A program made the position numbers and the translations under genes. 64,000 nt of DNA from assembly GCA_937944295.1 (NCBI GenBank), contig CALDZL010000142.1, positions 187-64,186 of the forward strand, given 5' to 3'. This DNA comes from an uncultured Sphingorhabdus sp. (GTDB lineage: Bacteria > Pseudomonadota > Alphaproteobacteria > Sphingomonadales > Sphingomonadaceae). Positions 10,318-20,457 of this stretch are shown piece after piece. The notes under the pieces were generated by a model. The model was not told the origin of the DNA. It was given only the letters and a program-made list of their open reading frames with translations, and ran no database searches. How positions within the stretch are numbered: the stretch's first letter is position 1; each line of letters starts with the position of its first letter.

Positions 10318-10995
10318 ATGAACAAAAACAGTCATATCGGTACATTAAAGAAGTTTTTTGCTATTCCATCTGTAAAAATAGTGACAGCATCACTATTTTC
10401 ATTGTCCATCATGGCGTGCGGCAATGAACAGATCCCGTTATCCAATGCACCGCTAGCAGGGGCAACTATAGGTGGTGATTTTTCATTAACCGATCAAAAT
10501 GGAAAAATGCGCAGTTATAGAGAATTTGATGGTCAGTATCGGATCATATATTTTGGCTACACAAGCTGCCCAGATATTTGCTCCCCAGATATGCAAAATT
10601 TGATGGCAGGTCTAATTGAGTTTGAAAATGAAGAAGCTGACCTAGCCGCAAAGATTCAACCTATATTCATTAGTATCGACCCAAAACGTGATACCGCCGT
10701 AATACTCCGACAATTTACTGATTCTTTTCATCCTCGTCTGATAGGGTTGCGCGGTAGCGATGAACAAACCGCAGTAACAGCAAAGAAATTTGCTGTTGTT
10801 TACAATAAAATCGAACCTGTTGGAGAAAATGCTGATCCTAATATTAATTATATTATAGGACATTCACAAATTGCCTATTTAATGGGTCCAGATGGTTCAC
10901 CATTAGCTTTATTACCACTTGATGATCTTAATACTGATATAGATGAGGGAGCGCCGCAATTGGTTATGCAAGAATTGGCCAAATGGGTGCGCTAG
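10318..10995 (+). CDS. SCO1/SenC copper chaperone (lipoprotein)
   Basis: Lipobox-like IMAC, FGYTSCPDIC (CxxxC), ISIDPKRD, conserved His in GHS. Confidence 0.92.
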   Translation: MNKNSHIGTLKKFFAIPSVKIVTASLFSLSIMACGNEQIPLSNAPLAGATIGGDFSLTDQNGKMRSYREFDGQYRIIYFGYTSCPDICSPDMQNLMAGLIEFENEEADLAAKIQPIFISIDPKRDTAVILRQFTDSFHPRLIGLRGSDEQTAVTAKKFAVVYNKIEPVGENADPNINYIIGHSQIAYLMGPDGSPLALLPLDDLNTDIDEGAPQLVMQELAKWVR

Positions 10996-10996
10996 A

Positions 10997-11440
10997 TTGA
11001 GCACGCCTGAAACCAATAATTTTTGGGAACTCCCTATTGAGAACTTAGACCGTGCCCAATGGGAAGCATTATGCGATGGATGCGGAAAATGCTGTTTGCA
11101 TAAAGTCCAAGACGAAGATAGTGGCCGAATATACCCCACCAATGTAGCTTGTAGATTGCTTGATACACAGAGCGGACAATGCCGCGATTATCGACGGCGG
11201 CGTTTCTTAGTTCCCGATTGTATCCGTCTTACCAAAAATAATGTCGATAATTTCCCTTGGCTTCCTGATACATGTGCCTATAAATTAAGAGCAGAAGGCA
11301 AACCGCTTTTTGATTGGCATTATTTGATAAGCGGCAGCCATGAAACCATAGTTGAGGCAGGCATATCCATTAGGGGGCGCGCTGTATCGGAGGATCATGC
11401 TGGACCGATTGAACAGCATATTGTCGAAAAACCGCTCTGA
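10997..11440 (+). CDS. YcgN family cysteine-cluster protein (UPF0260)
   Basis: WEALCDGCGKCC, VACRLLD, PDC, WLPDTCAY, WHYLISG; probable TTG start just after SCO stop. Confidence 0.9.
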   Translation: MSTPETNNFWELPIENLDRAQWEALCDGCGKCCLHKVQDEDSGRIYPTNVACRLLDTQSGQCRDYRRRRFLVPDCIRLTKNNVDNFPWLPDTCAYKLRAEGKPLFDWHYLISGSHETIVEAGISIRGRAVSEDHAGPIEQHIVEKPL

Positions 11441-12155
11441 CGAACCTGATTCTATCACAATCGAGGGGCGCAAAATTGGACTAATTTGGAAGCGCAATCC
11501 GCGCGCGCGCAATATATCATTGCGTACTGATATTGTACGCGGAGTTATTAAAATATCGCTGCCAACCCATGCACCGACTGAGAATGCATTAGATTTTATC
11601 CAGCGCAAAATACAATGGATTGCATCACGTTTTGAAACTGCGCCGCAACCGGTTAAGATAGAAGATGGTGCGCAAATTACTTTTGAAGGTGAAAGCTATA
11701 TCATTGTTTGGGATGAAGATTTGGGCCGTAAGATTGTACAAGAAGCGGGTATTATTCGCCTTGGAGGGCCAAAAGACCATATCCCAAATCGTATCATACG
11801 TTGGATGAAACAAGAAGCACGTTTAATATTTAGTGATGATATCATGCATTACTGCGCTATAGCTAAAGCGCCCGTTCCCAAATTATCCATCGGTGATGCT
11901 CGGGGCCGCTGGGGTAGTTGTTCTTCGCGCGGGACTATCAGGCTCAATTGGCGTCTCATAATGGCACCTGTGTCGGTGCGGTGCAGTGTGATCGCGCATG
12001 AAGTCGCGCATATCAAACATATGAATCACAGTAGCGCATTTTATGAATGGCTGGACACAATATATGAAGAGGATCGCCATCAAGCTGACCAATGGTTAAA
12101 AATGCATGGTACAGCCTTATATATGATCGGCGAAAATCATGCTAGAGACATATAA
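11397..12155 (+). CDS. YgjP-like/SprT (DUF45) zinc metalloprotease-family protein
   Basis: RWGSCS, LNWRL, HEVAH (HExxH), NHS; GGAGGA RBS before ATG 11397. Confidence 0.9.
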   Translation: MLDRLNSILSKNRSDEPDSITIEGRKIGLIWKRNPRARNISLRTDIVRGVIKISLPTHAPTENALDFIQRKIQWIASRFETAPQPVKIEDGAQITFEGESYIIVWDEDLGRKIVQEAGIIRLGGPKDHIPNRIIRWMKQEARLIFSDDIMHYCAIAKAPVPKLSIGDARGRWGSCSSRGTIRLNWRLIMAPVSVRCSVIAHEVAHIKHMNHSSAFYEWLDTIYEEDRHQADQWLKMHGTALYMIGENHARDI

Positions 12156-12317
12156 ACTCATCATATATCGTCTCTACAGAAATATTGTTACAAATATGCA
12201 CCATATTACCATAGTATTAAAAAATAACACCCAATCAAATCAGAGTCAAAGAATTACTATTTACAATCACTGTTAAATTTTCAATCCATAGACATATAAC
12301 ATAAAGCGAGGCATAAT

Positions 12318-13154
12318 ATGGAAAATTTGGTATCAACAGAATGGCTAGCCAATGAAATTGGTGCATCAGATTTACGCATCATTGATGCTTCAACATTTAT
12401 GCCAGGTTCGGGCCGTAATGCCGCCGCCGAATATGAAGGTGGGCATATCCCAACGGCTGTATTTATGGATTTATCAGAAATCGCCGGTACATCCAATAAT
12501 TTGCCCAATATGTTACCATCGGCGGAAAAATTTGCCAGTCGCATGCAATCATTGGGATTAGGTGATGGCAGCCGTATTGTTATTTATGATGACAGCCCGC
12601 TTAAAAGCGCATGCCGAGCGTGGTGGATGCTCTCTATTTTTGGCGCGCACGAAGTGGCTATATTGGATGGAGGCTTAGCCAAATGGAAGGCCGAAGGCAG
12701 AGCATTAGAGACAGGCAAAGAAATATTGCGCCACCGCCATTTCACCGTTTGGAAAGACGATAGCGAAGTACGCACCAAAGCTGATATCATGGCCAATTTA
12801 CATAGCAAAGAAGCGCAGGTTGTTGATGCACGGCCTGCTGGGCGCTTTGATGGTAGCGATGCAGAGCCTAATCCAGCATTGCCATCTGGCCATATCCCAG
12901 GCAGTTGTAACATTCCGCATATGATGCTGTTCAATGATGATGGGACATGGAAACAAGGAGATACGCTTCGTGCCGCATTTGAAGCATCGGGGGCCGACCT
13001 ATCCAAACCGATGATCACGACGTGCGGTTCGGGAATGACAGCATCCGTGCTAATATTTGGTGCAAAATTGATGGGCAAAGACGATGTCAGTCTTTATGAT
13101 GGGAGTTGGTCTGAATGGGGTGCAGACCAAGACACCCCTAAAGAAGGTGCTTAG
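12318..13154 (+). CDS. sseA: 3-mercaptopyruvate sulfurtransferase (double rhodanese)
   Basis: GHIP repeats, active-site CGSGMTA, YDGSWSEW. Confidence 0.93.
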   Translation: MENLVSTEWLANEIGASDLRIIDASTFMPGSGRNAAAEYEGGHIPTAVFMDLSEIAGTSNNLPNMLPSAEKFASRMQSLGLGDGSRIVIYDDSPLKSACRAWWMLSIFGAHEVAILDGGLAKWKAEGRALETGKEILRHRHFTVWKDDSEVRTKADIMANLHSKEAQVVDARPAGRFDGSDAEPNPALPSGHIPGSCNIPHMMLFNDDGTWKQGDTLRAAFEASGADLSKPMITTCGSGMTASVLIFGAKLMGKDDVSLYDGSWSEWGADQDTPKEGA

Positions 13155-13182
13155 ATATAGTATAGACATTTAGCGACGGAGC

Positions 13183-14376
13183 ATGAATTTGAGCAAAAAG
13201 ACGCCAAAAGAACAAGCTCCTGATAGCCAAATTATAAGTGCTGGACGCCGAAAAGAATGGACTGGCCAAATCGTCAATACGCCTGTTTGGCGTGCGAGCA
13301 CACATCTATTTGATAGCTGCGATGATCTACAAAGCGGTGTCAAAAGCGGCGGGGATAATGCGTTTTTTTATGGCCGGCGTGGCAGCCCCACACAATGGTC
13401 GCTTGCCGATGCCATTACAGCAATGGAAACTGGTGCGCATGGAACCTTATTATTTCCATCGGGCGTTGCTGCCATTAATATAGCCTTGCTCGCTATTTTA
13501 AAGCCAGGTGATGTTTTACTGATGAGCGATAATTGCTATGATCCCTCGCGCGGTTTTGCCAATGGCTTGCTCAAACGCATGAGCATAACAACGCGGTTTT
13601 TTGATCCATTAATCGGCGCTGGTATTGAGGGTCTACTTTGCGCAAACACACGCGCTATTTTGCTGGAAAGTCCTGGCAGCTTAACTTTTGAAATATCCGA
13701 TATTCCCGCAATTTGCGCAGTTGCCAAAGCGCATGATATTACAACTTTGCTCGACAATACATGGGCCACATCTTATTTTTACCCTGCCATGGAAAAAGGT
13801 ATAGATATAAGCATTATTGCCGCCACAAAATATATTGTGGGCCATAGTGATGTGATGATGGGGTCGGTTACCACCCATGAAAAATATTGGAAACGCCTGC
13901 GCCAAACAGCACGCCAATTGGGACAAGTCGTATCTCCTGATGATGCTTATTTGGCGGCACGCGGCCTGCGTACTATGGGCGTTCGATTGAAAACGCATGA
14001 AAAATCAGCGCTCAAAATTGCCAATTGGCTTAACAAGCGTGATGACGTGAAAGCTGTATTACACCCAGCTTTGCCATCATGCCCGGGTCATGCAATATGG
14101 AAGCGCGATTATAAAGGGTCATCGGGTTTATTTTCTTTCATTATCAATGGTTCGAAAGAGCGAGCCGCCGCCATTATCGACAATTTAGAACTATTTGGTA
14201 TTGGTTTTAGCTGGGGCGGGTTTGAGAGCTTGGCCCTATTGGTGCACCCTGAACACAATCGTAGCGCGACGTCATGGAATGAAAAAAATGGGGTGATTAG
14301 GCTGCAAATCGGCCTTGAAGATTGCGATGATCTGATAAGTGATTTAGAGCAATCATTGAATAGATATAAGGACTGA
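13183..14376 (+). CDS. metC: Cystathionine beta-lyase
   Basis: YGRRGSPT, ESPGS, DNTWA, PLP-Lys in ATKYIVGHSD, GFSWGGFESL. Confidence 0.92.
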   Translation: MNLSKKTPKEQAPDSQIISAGRRKEWTGQIVNTPVWRASTHLFDSCDDLQSGVKSGGDNAFFYGRRGSPTQWSLADAITAMETGAHGTLLFPSGVAAINIALLAILKPGDVLLMSDNCYDPSRGFANGLLKRMSITTRFFDPLIGAGIEGLLCANTRAILLESPGSLTFEISDIPAICAVAKAHDITTLLDNTWATSYFYPAMEKGIDISIIAATKYIVGHSDVMMGSVTTHEKYWKRLRQTARQLGQVVSPDDAYLAARGLRTMGVRLKTHEKSALKIANWLNKRDDVKAVLHPALPSCPGHAIWKRDYKGSSGLFSFIINGSKERAAAIIDNLELFGIGFSWGGFESLALLVHPEHNRSATSWNEKNGVIRLQIGLEDCDDLISDLEQSLNRYKD

Positions 14377-14380
14377 TCAA

Positions 14381-15670
14381 ATGGCTGATTATTGGAATAA
14401 TATGCTGGCAGTTTGGCCCACGCAGCCCGAATGGGTCCTGATTGGGATAGCATCTATCATCATATTAACGGCCTATTGCATCAGCGTAATTATCGCCAAG
14501 CTGGCTGCGCCAAAAGTGTGTCAATTTATTGAAGGTCATGAGGAAATAAAGCATTTCGACCTGCTCACAATCGCTATTTCCATCATGGGACATTTTATTG
14601 CAGCCTTGGTTATCGCAGCCGCTCTATATTTATATCCTTGGGACATTCATCCGCAGTTTTTATTAACGCTAGCAATGGGATTTGCGCTCGCAGCAATGGC
14701 GCAGAAATTATTGCGCGGTTTGAATATCGGTTTTTGGAGCGCTACTGCAGTTTCCTTTGCGACATTCATTTGGACGATACGCAGCACATTGCTGGGTTTT
14801 GGGCATTCATTGTCCATTGCTAAGCCTAAAGAAACCGAAACAATTGGCGGTTTCCCAATATCTATAGAATTTGTTGTAACAGCATTTTTGGTGCTTATCG
14901 TCTTGGTAGCTGCCATCCGTTTATGCGGAAGACTGGTTACAATATTATTAGAACGCAATGATCATGTCGATGATGGTCAGCGCGTTTTGGTTGAAAAATT
15001 AGCCAATGTTGCCATGATTGTTATTGGTTTTCTAATGGCTACCGATATATTGGGAATTGACTTAACGGCTCTTGCCTTTTTCTCTGGCGCTTTTGGTTTG
15101 GCGATTGGTTTTGGTTTTCAAAAAACCTTTGGTAATCTGATATCGGGTATCATTCTATTAATGGATCGCTCTATCAAGCCTGGCGATGTTATTGCCATTG
15201 GCGATAGTTTTGGTTGGGTCAATAAAATTGGCATCAGAGCGGTCTCTATTGTCACGCGAGATGGCAAAGAACATTTGATTCCCAATGAAAATATGATGAC
15301 CAATGAAGTAGAAAACTGGTCTTATTCCAGCAAAAATGTACGGGTGCGTATTCCAGTGGGTGTTGCCTATAATAGCGATATTAGAAAAGTCGAAGAAATA
15401 TTATTGACTTTGGCTAAAGACCATAAACGCATCTTGAAAAGTCCCGCACCCAAAGCTTTGATAAAAGGGTTTGGCGATAATAGCGTCGATTTTGAATTTC
15501 GCATTTGGATTCGTGATCCAGAAGAAGGGGTAAGCAATATAAAATCCGATGTTATGAAACAAATTTGGTTTGAGTTTGAGGAACATGGCGTGCAATTCCC
15601 ATTCCCGCAGCGCGATGTTCATTTGGACATTACTAAAGATAGTATGGCGGCACTAAAGAAAATCAAATAA
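14381..15670 (+). CDS. Small-conductance mechanosensitive channel (MscS family) with extra N-terminal TM helices
   Basis: GLAIGFGFQ, NLISGIILL, IKPGD, IPN, PFPQRDVH. Confidence 0.92.
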   Translation: MADYWNNMLAVWPTQPEWVLIGIASIIILTAYCISVIIAKLAAPKVCQFIEGHEEIKHFDLLTIAISIMGHFIAALVIAAALYLYPWDIHPQFLLTLAMGFALAAMAQKLLRGLNIGFWSATAVSFATFIWTIRSTLLGFGHSLSIAKPKETETIGGFPISIEFVVTAFLVLIVLVAAIRLCGRLVTILLERNDHVDDGQRVLVEKLANVAMIVIGFLMATDILGIDLTALAFFSGAFGLAIGFGFQKTFGNLISGIILLMDRSIKPGDVIAIGDSFGWVNKIGIRAVSIVTRDGKEHLIPNENMMTNEVENWSYSSKNVRVRIPVGVAYNSDIRKVEEILLTLAKDHKRILKSPAPKALIKGFGDNSVDFEFRIWIRDPEEGVSNIKSDVMKQIWFEFEEHGVQFPFPQRDVHLDITKDSMAALKKIK

Positions 15671-15740
15671 TCTTATAAAATAGCTATTTTTTTGATGAAT
15701 CTGGTAATTAAATTTCAATAGAAACTAATCTTCACTAATG

Positions 15741-15760
15741 ATGTTGTAATAGGGCAACAT
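15741..15760. promoter_or_regulatory. Palindromic putative operator ATGTTG-N8-CAACAT upstream of TorF-type porin
   Basis: Perfect 6-bp inverted repeat about 150 bp upstream of ATG 15907; binding factor unknown. Confidence 0.4.
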
Positions 15761-15906
15761 TACTGCACTAATTTTTCTAAATGAAACATTTTTGCTTGTT
15801 AGCAACTGCACAATAGTCCAACGAAACTATACTGATAAGCTAGTAAGATAATTAGCAATCAGTTCGCAGGATGGAATGTGTATAGCAATTTAGATAAGGA
15901 ATAATC

Positions 15907-16767
15907 ATGCGCACATCCATAATAGCCCTAGTCGGCAGAACAACTCTTGCTGCTCTTTTAGTAACAGCAACTCCTTCTTTCGCTCAAGAAGCTGAAGAAG
16001 AAACAACGAGTGAGTTTACAGTATCTGGCAATGCAACTGTTGCCAGTGACTATCGTTTTCGCGGTGTCTCATTCTCAGATGGTGATATCGCCATCCAAGG
16101 CGGTATTGATATAAACCATAGCAGTGGTTTTTACGTTGGTGTCTGGGGTTCATCACAAGATGAAGGTCAAAATACAATTGGCGTAGATGATGGTACGGGT
16201 GCTATTACCAATATTGACTCTGGTGATCTTGGTAATGTGGAAATCGATATTTACGGCGGTTGGTCTGGTGAAGTTGGTGGCGGTTTAAACCTAGACGTTG
16301 GTCTGTTATATTTCTATTTTCCTGATGCAACTCAGAGCGTGTTCAACACTGCTCCTGGCGGCGTTGGCGGGGCACCTATTTTGATTCCTGGCGCAACCGA
16401 CACTCCATCAGACTTTTTTGAGCCTTATGTCACATTAAGCAAAACATTTGGCCCATTAGAAGCCAATGTCGGCGTAAATTATGCTTGGAGCCAATCTGCA
16501 CTGAGCGACAATGACAGCATCTATATCCATGGTGGTATTTCAACAGGTATCCCAACAACCCCTATCACATTAAATGCCAACATAGGTTATACTGATGGTT
16601 CTCTCGACGTTTCAGGCAGTGGTAGCTATGTTGATTGGTTAATTGGTGCTGAATATGCAGTCACGAGCAATTTAACATTTGGTGTTGCTTATACCGATAC
16701 GGACGCACCATCTATTAATGATTCAACGGACTCTGCAATTGTATTTACATTGGGAGTAAGTTTCTAA
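15907..16767 (+). CDS. TorF/Gcw_chp (TIGR02001) putative outer-membrane porin
   Basis: Signal peptide, SDYRFRGVS, GFYVGVWGS, EIDIYGG, C-terminal Phe. Confidence 0.88.
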   Translation: MRTSIIALVGRTTLAALLVTATPSFAQEAEEETTSEFTVSGNATVASDYRFRGVSFSDGDIAIQGGIDINHSSGFYVGVWGSSQDEGQNTIGVDDGTGAITNIDSGDLGNVEIDIYGGWSGEVGGGLNLDVGLLYFYFPDATQSVFNTAPGGVGGAPILIPGATDTPSDFFEPYVTLSKTFGPLEANVGVNYAWSQSALSDNDSIYIHGGISTGIPTTPITLNANIGYTDGSLDVSGSGSYVDWLIGAEYAVTSNLTFGVAYTDTDAPSINDSTDSAIVFTLGVSF

Positions 16768-16779
16768 ATATATTAATGC

Positions 16780-16819
16780 AAATTGATCATAGGGCTAACA
16801 TGCGCTGTGATCAATTTTA
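16780..16819. terminator. Hairpin between convergent porin and ABC ATPase genes, probable bidirectional terminator
   Basis: AAATTGATCATAG...CTGTGATCAATTT stem followed by T-rich tail. Confidence 0.6.
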
Positions 16820-16831
16820 TATATGGTCTTA

Positions 16832-18379
16832 TTAAAGGCTATTTTCAATGAGCTTGCGCGTTGCGTCATGTTGAGGCGCAGTCAATAGCTGATCTTTTGG
16901 TCGACATTCTACCAATTGCCCATCTTTCATGACTCCAATTTTATGCGCCATACGCCGTGCTAATGCTAAATCATGGGTTATCATCAAAATAGCAAGACCG
17001 TATTTTTCTTGTAAGCTCTGCAATATTTGGACGATATTATGCGCCGCTAAAGGGTCGAGCGCAGAAGTTGCTTCATCCAAAATCAGCAGTTTTGGCCTTA
17101 CCGATAATGCCCTTGCAATAGCAACGCGCTGTGCTTGCCCCCCTGATAATTGCGCGGGCAAACGCTCCAAAAACTCTGTCTTTAAGCCTACTTCTAAGAG
17201 TAATTCTGCTGGGCCTAAAATATCGGACATATCATCCAATAGATATTTTTGCGGTTCTACGATCATATCACCTACCCGCCATCTAGGATCAAGACTAGCA
17301 ATAGGGTCTTGAAAAACGGGCTGCATTAAGGCGCGATTCTGGCGACTTCTTTTTATCGGTAATTCTTGTTCTTGCCAGTATATCTGACCTTTGCTTATTG
17401 GCCCGAGACCAGCGATAGCCCGTGCTAATGTTGATTTTCCAGAACCAGAGCCGCCAACTATTGCTAAAGTTTCACCCTGACAAATAGTAAGCGAAGCATT
17501 GCGCACAGCGCGTACTTTATTATCTTCGCTTTTACTGCGGAAAAATTGAAATGGCCTTGAAAAATTAACGCTGATATTTCGCGCATCAAGCAATTTATCT
17601 CCAATCGGAAGTATCGCCGATATTGGCTCATCCATGCGCGGCGTTGCGGCTATCAAGCTTGTGCCATACGCGCTCTGAGGTTTTTGCACCAACAAGCGCG
17701 TTGAGCTCTGTTCTTCCACATAGCCGTTTTGCAGTAAGATTACATCATCAGCGCTACTTTCTATCGATGCTAAATCATGACTGACCAGCAGCATCGCCAT
17801 ATTATTTTCATGGCAAATATCATGTAGCAATAGCGTGATGTCGCGCCGCAGTTCGGCATCAAGCGCGCTGGTTGGTTCATCAGCCACCAATAATTTTGGA
17901 TTATGAATAATGCCCATAGCGATACATATTCTTTGTCGCTCGCCGCCTGACAATTGGTGCGGATATTGGCGTAATTTATCCGTTGGCCTTGATAATCCAA
18001 CTTTCTCTAATATGGTGATTAAATTATCATGTGACGGTATTATTCCTGCTTGCATGGAAGCTTCAATCAAATGCGCGGATATAGTAAGATGCGGCGTTAA
18101 AGCCGTAAGTGGCTGCTGAAAGATAAAGCCCACATCGCGTGCACGAATGGGTGATAATATCTGTTCTGATAGGCCAATAATTTCTTGTCCTAATAATAAT
18201 GCGCTGCCTGATGCCTTGCCTGTATTTAATCTAAATGGTGACAGGCAAGTCAATGTCTTGCCAGACCCTGATGCTCCAGCTAATGCTAATATTTTCCCTG
18301 CTTCAATATCAAAATTAACATCATGCACCAATATATTTTCATCAATTCCAATTGATAGGTTGCGTGCGCTATAAATCAT
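16832..18379 (-). CDS. Peptide ABC transporter ATPase, fused OppD/F-type (two NBDs)
   Basis: Two Walker A (GASGSGKT, GGSGSGKS), two LSGG signatures, DEPT/DEAT Walker B. Confidence 0.93.
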   Translation of the reverse strand: MIYSARNLSIGIDENILVHDVNFDIEAGKILALAGASGSGKTLTCLSPFRLNTGKASGSALLLGQEIIGLSEQILSPIRARDVGFIFQQPLTALTPHLTISAHLIEASMQAGIIPSHDNLITILEKVGLSRPTDKLRQYPHQLSGGERQRICIAMGIIHNPKLLVADEPTSALDAELRRDITLLLHDICHENNMAMLLVSHDLASIESSADDVILLQNGYVEEQSSTRLLVQKPQSAYGTSLIAATPRMDEPISAILPIGDKLLDARNISVNFSRPFQFFRSKSEDNKVRAVRNASLTICQGETLAIVGGSGSGKSTLARAIAGLGPISKGQIYWQEQELPIKRSRQNRALMQPVFQDPIASLDPRWRVGDMIVEPQKYLLDDMSDILGPAELLLEVGLKTEFLERLPAQLSGGQAQRVAIARALSVRPKLLILDEATSALDPLAAHNIVQILQSLQEKYGLAILMITHDLALARRMAHKIGVMKDGQLVECRPKDQLLTAPQHDATRKLIENSL

Positions 18380-19233
18380 GATGCGCCTATATTAGGTCCA
18401 ATATTGCCTGCATTAATTCTATCACGCAAACGTTCTCCCGCAATGGTCAAACTTATAATTAGAATAATCAATATCCCTCCTGGTAATAATAATGCTGCAG
18501 GGTTAATTTCCATTTGTGCGGCCCCTTCATTAACCAAAATACCCAGCGACGTCATCGGTTCCTGAACGCCCAAGCCCAAGAAGGATAAAAAACTCTCGAC
18601 CATCACAACTTGCGGCACAGTTAGCATTAAATAGGCAATGGCGACGCCCATTATATTAGGTAATATATGCCGCAATATGATAGATAATGAAGATGCTCCA
18701 CTGGCCTCAGCCGCCAATATGAAAGGACGTACTTTTATTGCCTTTACCTCTGCTCGCACCACTCGTGCCATGGTTAACCATTCTACTGCACCAATACCAA
18801 TGAATATTAGCAAAATTGAGCGGCCAAATACGACCATCAATATGATTACGATGAACATGAAGGGCAGTGCGTAAAGTGCATCGACAATGCGCATCATTAT
18901 ATCATCGGTGCGTCCACCAATCCATCCCGCTATGATACCCCATGAAATGCCGATCAGCATAGCAACTAATGCAGCAGCGAGCGCGACACTCATCGTAATA
19001 CGCGTCCCCGCCAATATCCGTGCCAAGCGGTCACGGCCAATATCATCGCTGCCCAAATAATGTCCGCGTTGCCACGCTTCATATGATGTTATATCCATGC
19101 TCACGCCATCCCAATCAATTTGAGTATAATCCCATGGCAATAAAAAGGGCAGAAACACCGCTAATGCCGCCATGATAGCAACCAATATGATGGAAAAGCG
19201 CATCATGAATCGCGCATTCGCGGGTCGAGCCAA
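18376..19233 (-). CDS. oppC: Oligopeptide ABC permease OppC-like
   Basis: LGSDDIGRD, MRIVDALYALP, EAA-like loop, RHILPN, ESFLSFLGLG. Confidence 0.85.
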   Translation of the reverse strand: MARPANARFMMRFSIILVAIMAALAVFLPFLLPWDYTQIDWDGVSMDITSYEAWQRGHYLGSDDIGRDRLARILAGTRITMSVALAAALVAMLIGISWGIIAGWIGGRTDDIMMRIVDALYALPFMFIVIILMVVFGRSILLIFIGIGAVEWLTMARVVRAEVKAIKVRPFILAAEASGASSLSIILRHILPNIMGVAIAYLMLTVPQVVMVESFLSFLGLGVQEPMTSLGILVNEGAAQMEINPAALLLPGGILIILIISLTIAGERLRDRINAGNIGPNIGAS

Positions 19234-20123
19234 CCATAAATAATATCAGCCAGTAAGTTGAAGGCAATAATGAAGCTTGCATAAAGTGTCACTACGCCCA
19301 GTACCAGTGGATAATCTCTATTGAGCGCCCCTTGGACAAAATAGCGGCCCAAACCAGGCAATCCAAAGATAGTTTCTATCACCACAGCACCGGTTAATAA
19401 TCCCGCTGCCGCTGGACCTAAATAGCTTGCCGCTGGAACAAGGGCTGGTCTTAAAGCATGGCGGAATAGACGTTTAAGAGGCGATAGTCCTCGCGCTTTT
19501 GCGCTACGCAGATGATCTTGGCTTAATTGTACAGCAAGGCCTGCCCGCACTAATTTTATAATTGCGCCTGTTATCGGTAATGATAATGCAATAACAGGTA
19601 GCACCAACCAAGATATTCCATCATCCATTCCCGACACTGGAAACCAGCCTAAGGTAAAGGCAAAAATAAGCACCAATAACGGTCCTGTCACAAATGTGGG
19701 CAAGGCGGTCAGTAACGTCGCAAAAAGCATCAATATTTCGTCAATCGCTTTTCCCGCTTTGGAAGCTGCTATCAGTCCGCCGCTAATGCCAATAATGCTG
19801 GCCAACACTAAGGCCAACCCGCCAATTAACAGTGATACCGGCAACCCTTGCGCGATTAATTCATTGACAGTGAAATCCCGATAAATCAGGCTAGGGCCAA
19901 AATCACCTTGCAATATCCGTCCAATATAGAGCATAATTTGCTCCCATATAGGTTTATCCAGACCATAGCTGTTTTCAAGGGCGGCTTTAGTTTCAGAGGA
20001 GAGAGGTCTCTCGCCATCAAATGGGCCGCCAGGGGCAAAACGCATCAGTAAGAATGAAATGATAATGATTGCAAATAATGTTGGTATCGCCATCCATAAT
20101 CGGCGTAATATTAGCCGTACCAT
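19203..20123 (-). CDS. oppB: Oligopeptide ABC permease OppB-like
   Basis: APGGPFDGER, GDFGPS, AKARGL, ETIFGLPGLG, NRDYPLV. Confidence 0.87.
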   Translation of the reverse strand: MVRLILRRLWMAIPTLFAIIIISFLLMRFAPGGPFDGERPLSSETKAALENSYGLDKPIWEQIMLYIGRILQGDFGPSLIYRDFTVNELIAQGLPVSLLIGGLALVLASIIGISGGLIAASKAGKAIDEILMLFATLLTALPTFVTGPLLVLIFAFTLGWFPVSGMDDGISWLVLPVIALSLPITGAIIKLVRAGLAVQLSQDHLRSAKARGLSPLKRLFRHALRPALVPAASYLGPAAAGLLTGAVVIETIFGLPGLGRYFVQGALNRDYPLVLGVVTLYASFIIAFNLLADIIYGWLDPRMRDS

Positions 20124-20162
20124 GAGCACTTTATCCACATGAAAAAGGCAAGTGATTGATGA

Positions 20163-20348
20163 TTAGAAATCAACAGCAATCCCATTTTTCTCCCAATCAC
20201 CATAGCGCGTTGGTCCTTTATTTAGACGCTCGATTTGTTCTTTTTCAATATTTTCTGGTTTTGGTATATCGCTATTTTTACGCAAATAATCAGGCGCATC
20301 TAAATGTTTAGGCCGTTTAGTGGATCGGGTAATTTCATCGTTAGACAT
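20163..20348 (-). CDS. DUF1674 protein (succinate dehydrogenase assembly factor 4-like)
   Basis: C-terminal PTRYGDWEKNGIAVDF signature. Confidence 0.88.
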   Translation of the reverse strand: MSNDEITRSTKRPKHLDAPDYLRKNSDIPKPENIEKEQIERLNKGPTRYGDWEKNGIAVDF

Positions 20349-20457
20349 GATAATCCTATGCTATATTCTTGTAATCCTATAGAGGTTTTTAGCAAATAGA
20401 CCAATGATAAAAGGCCTGACTCTAGTATATTGATAGAAATTGCTATAACTGCGCAGA

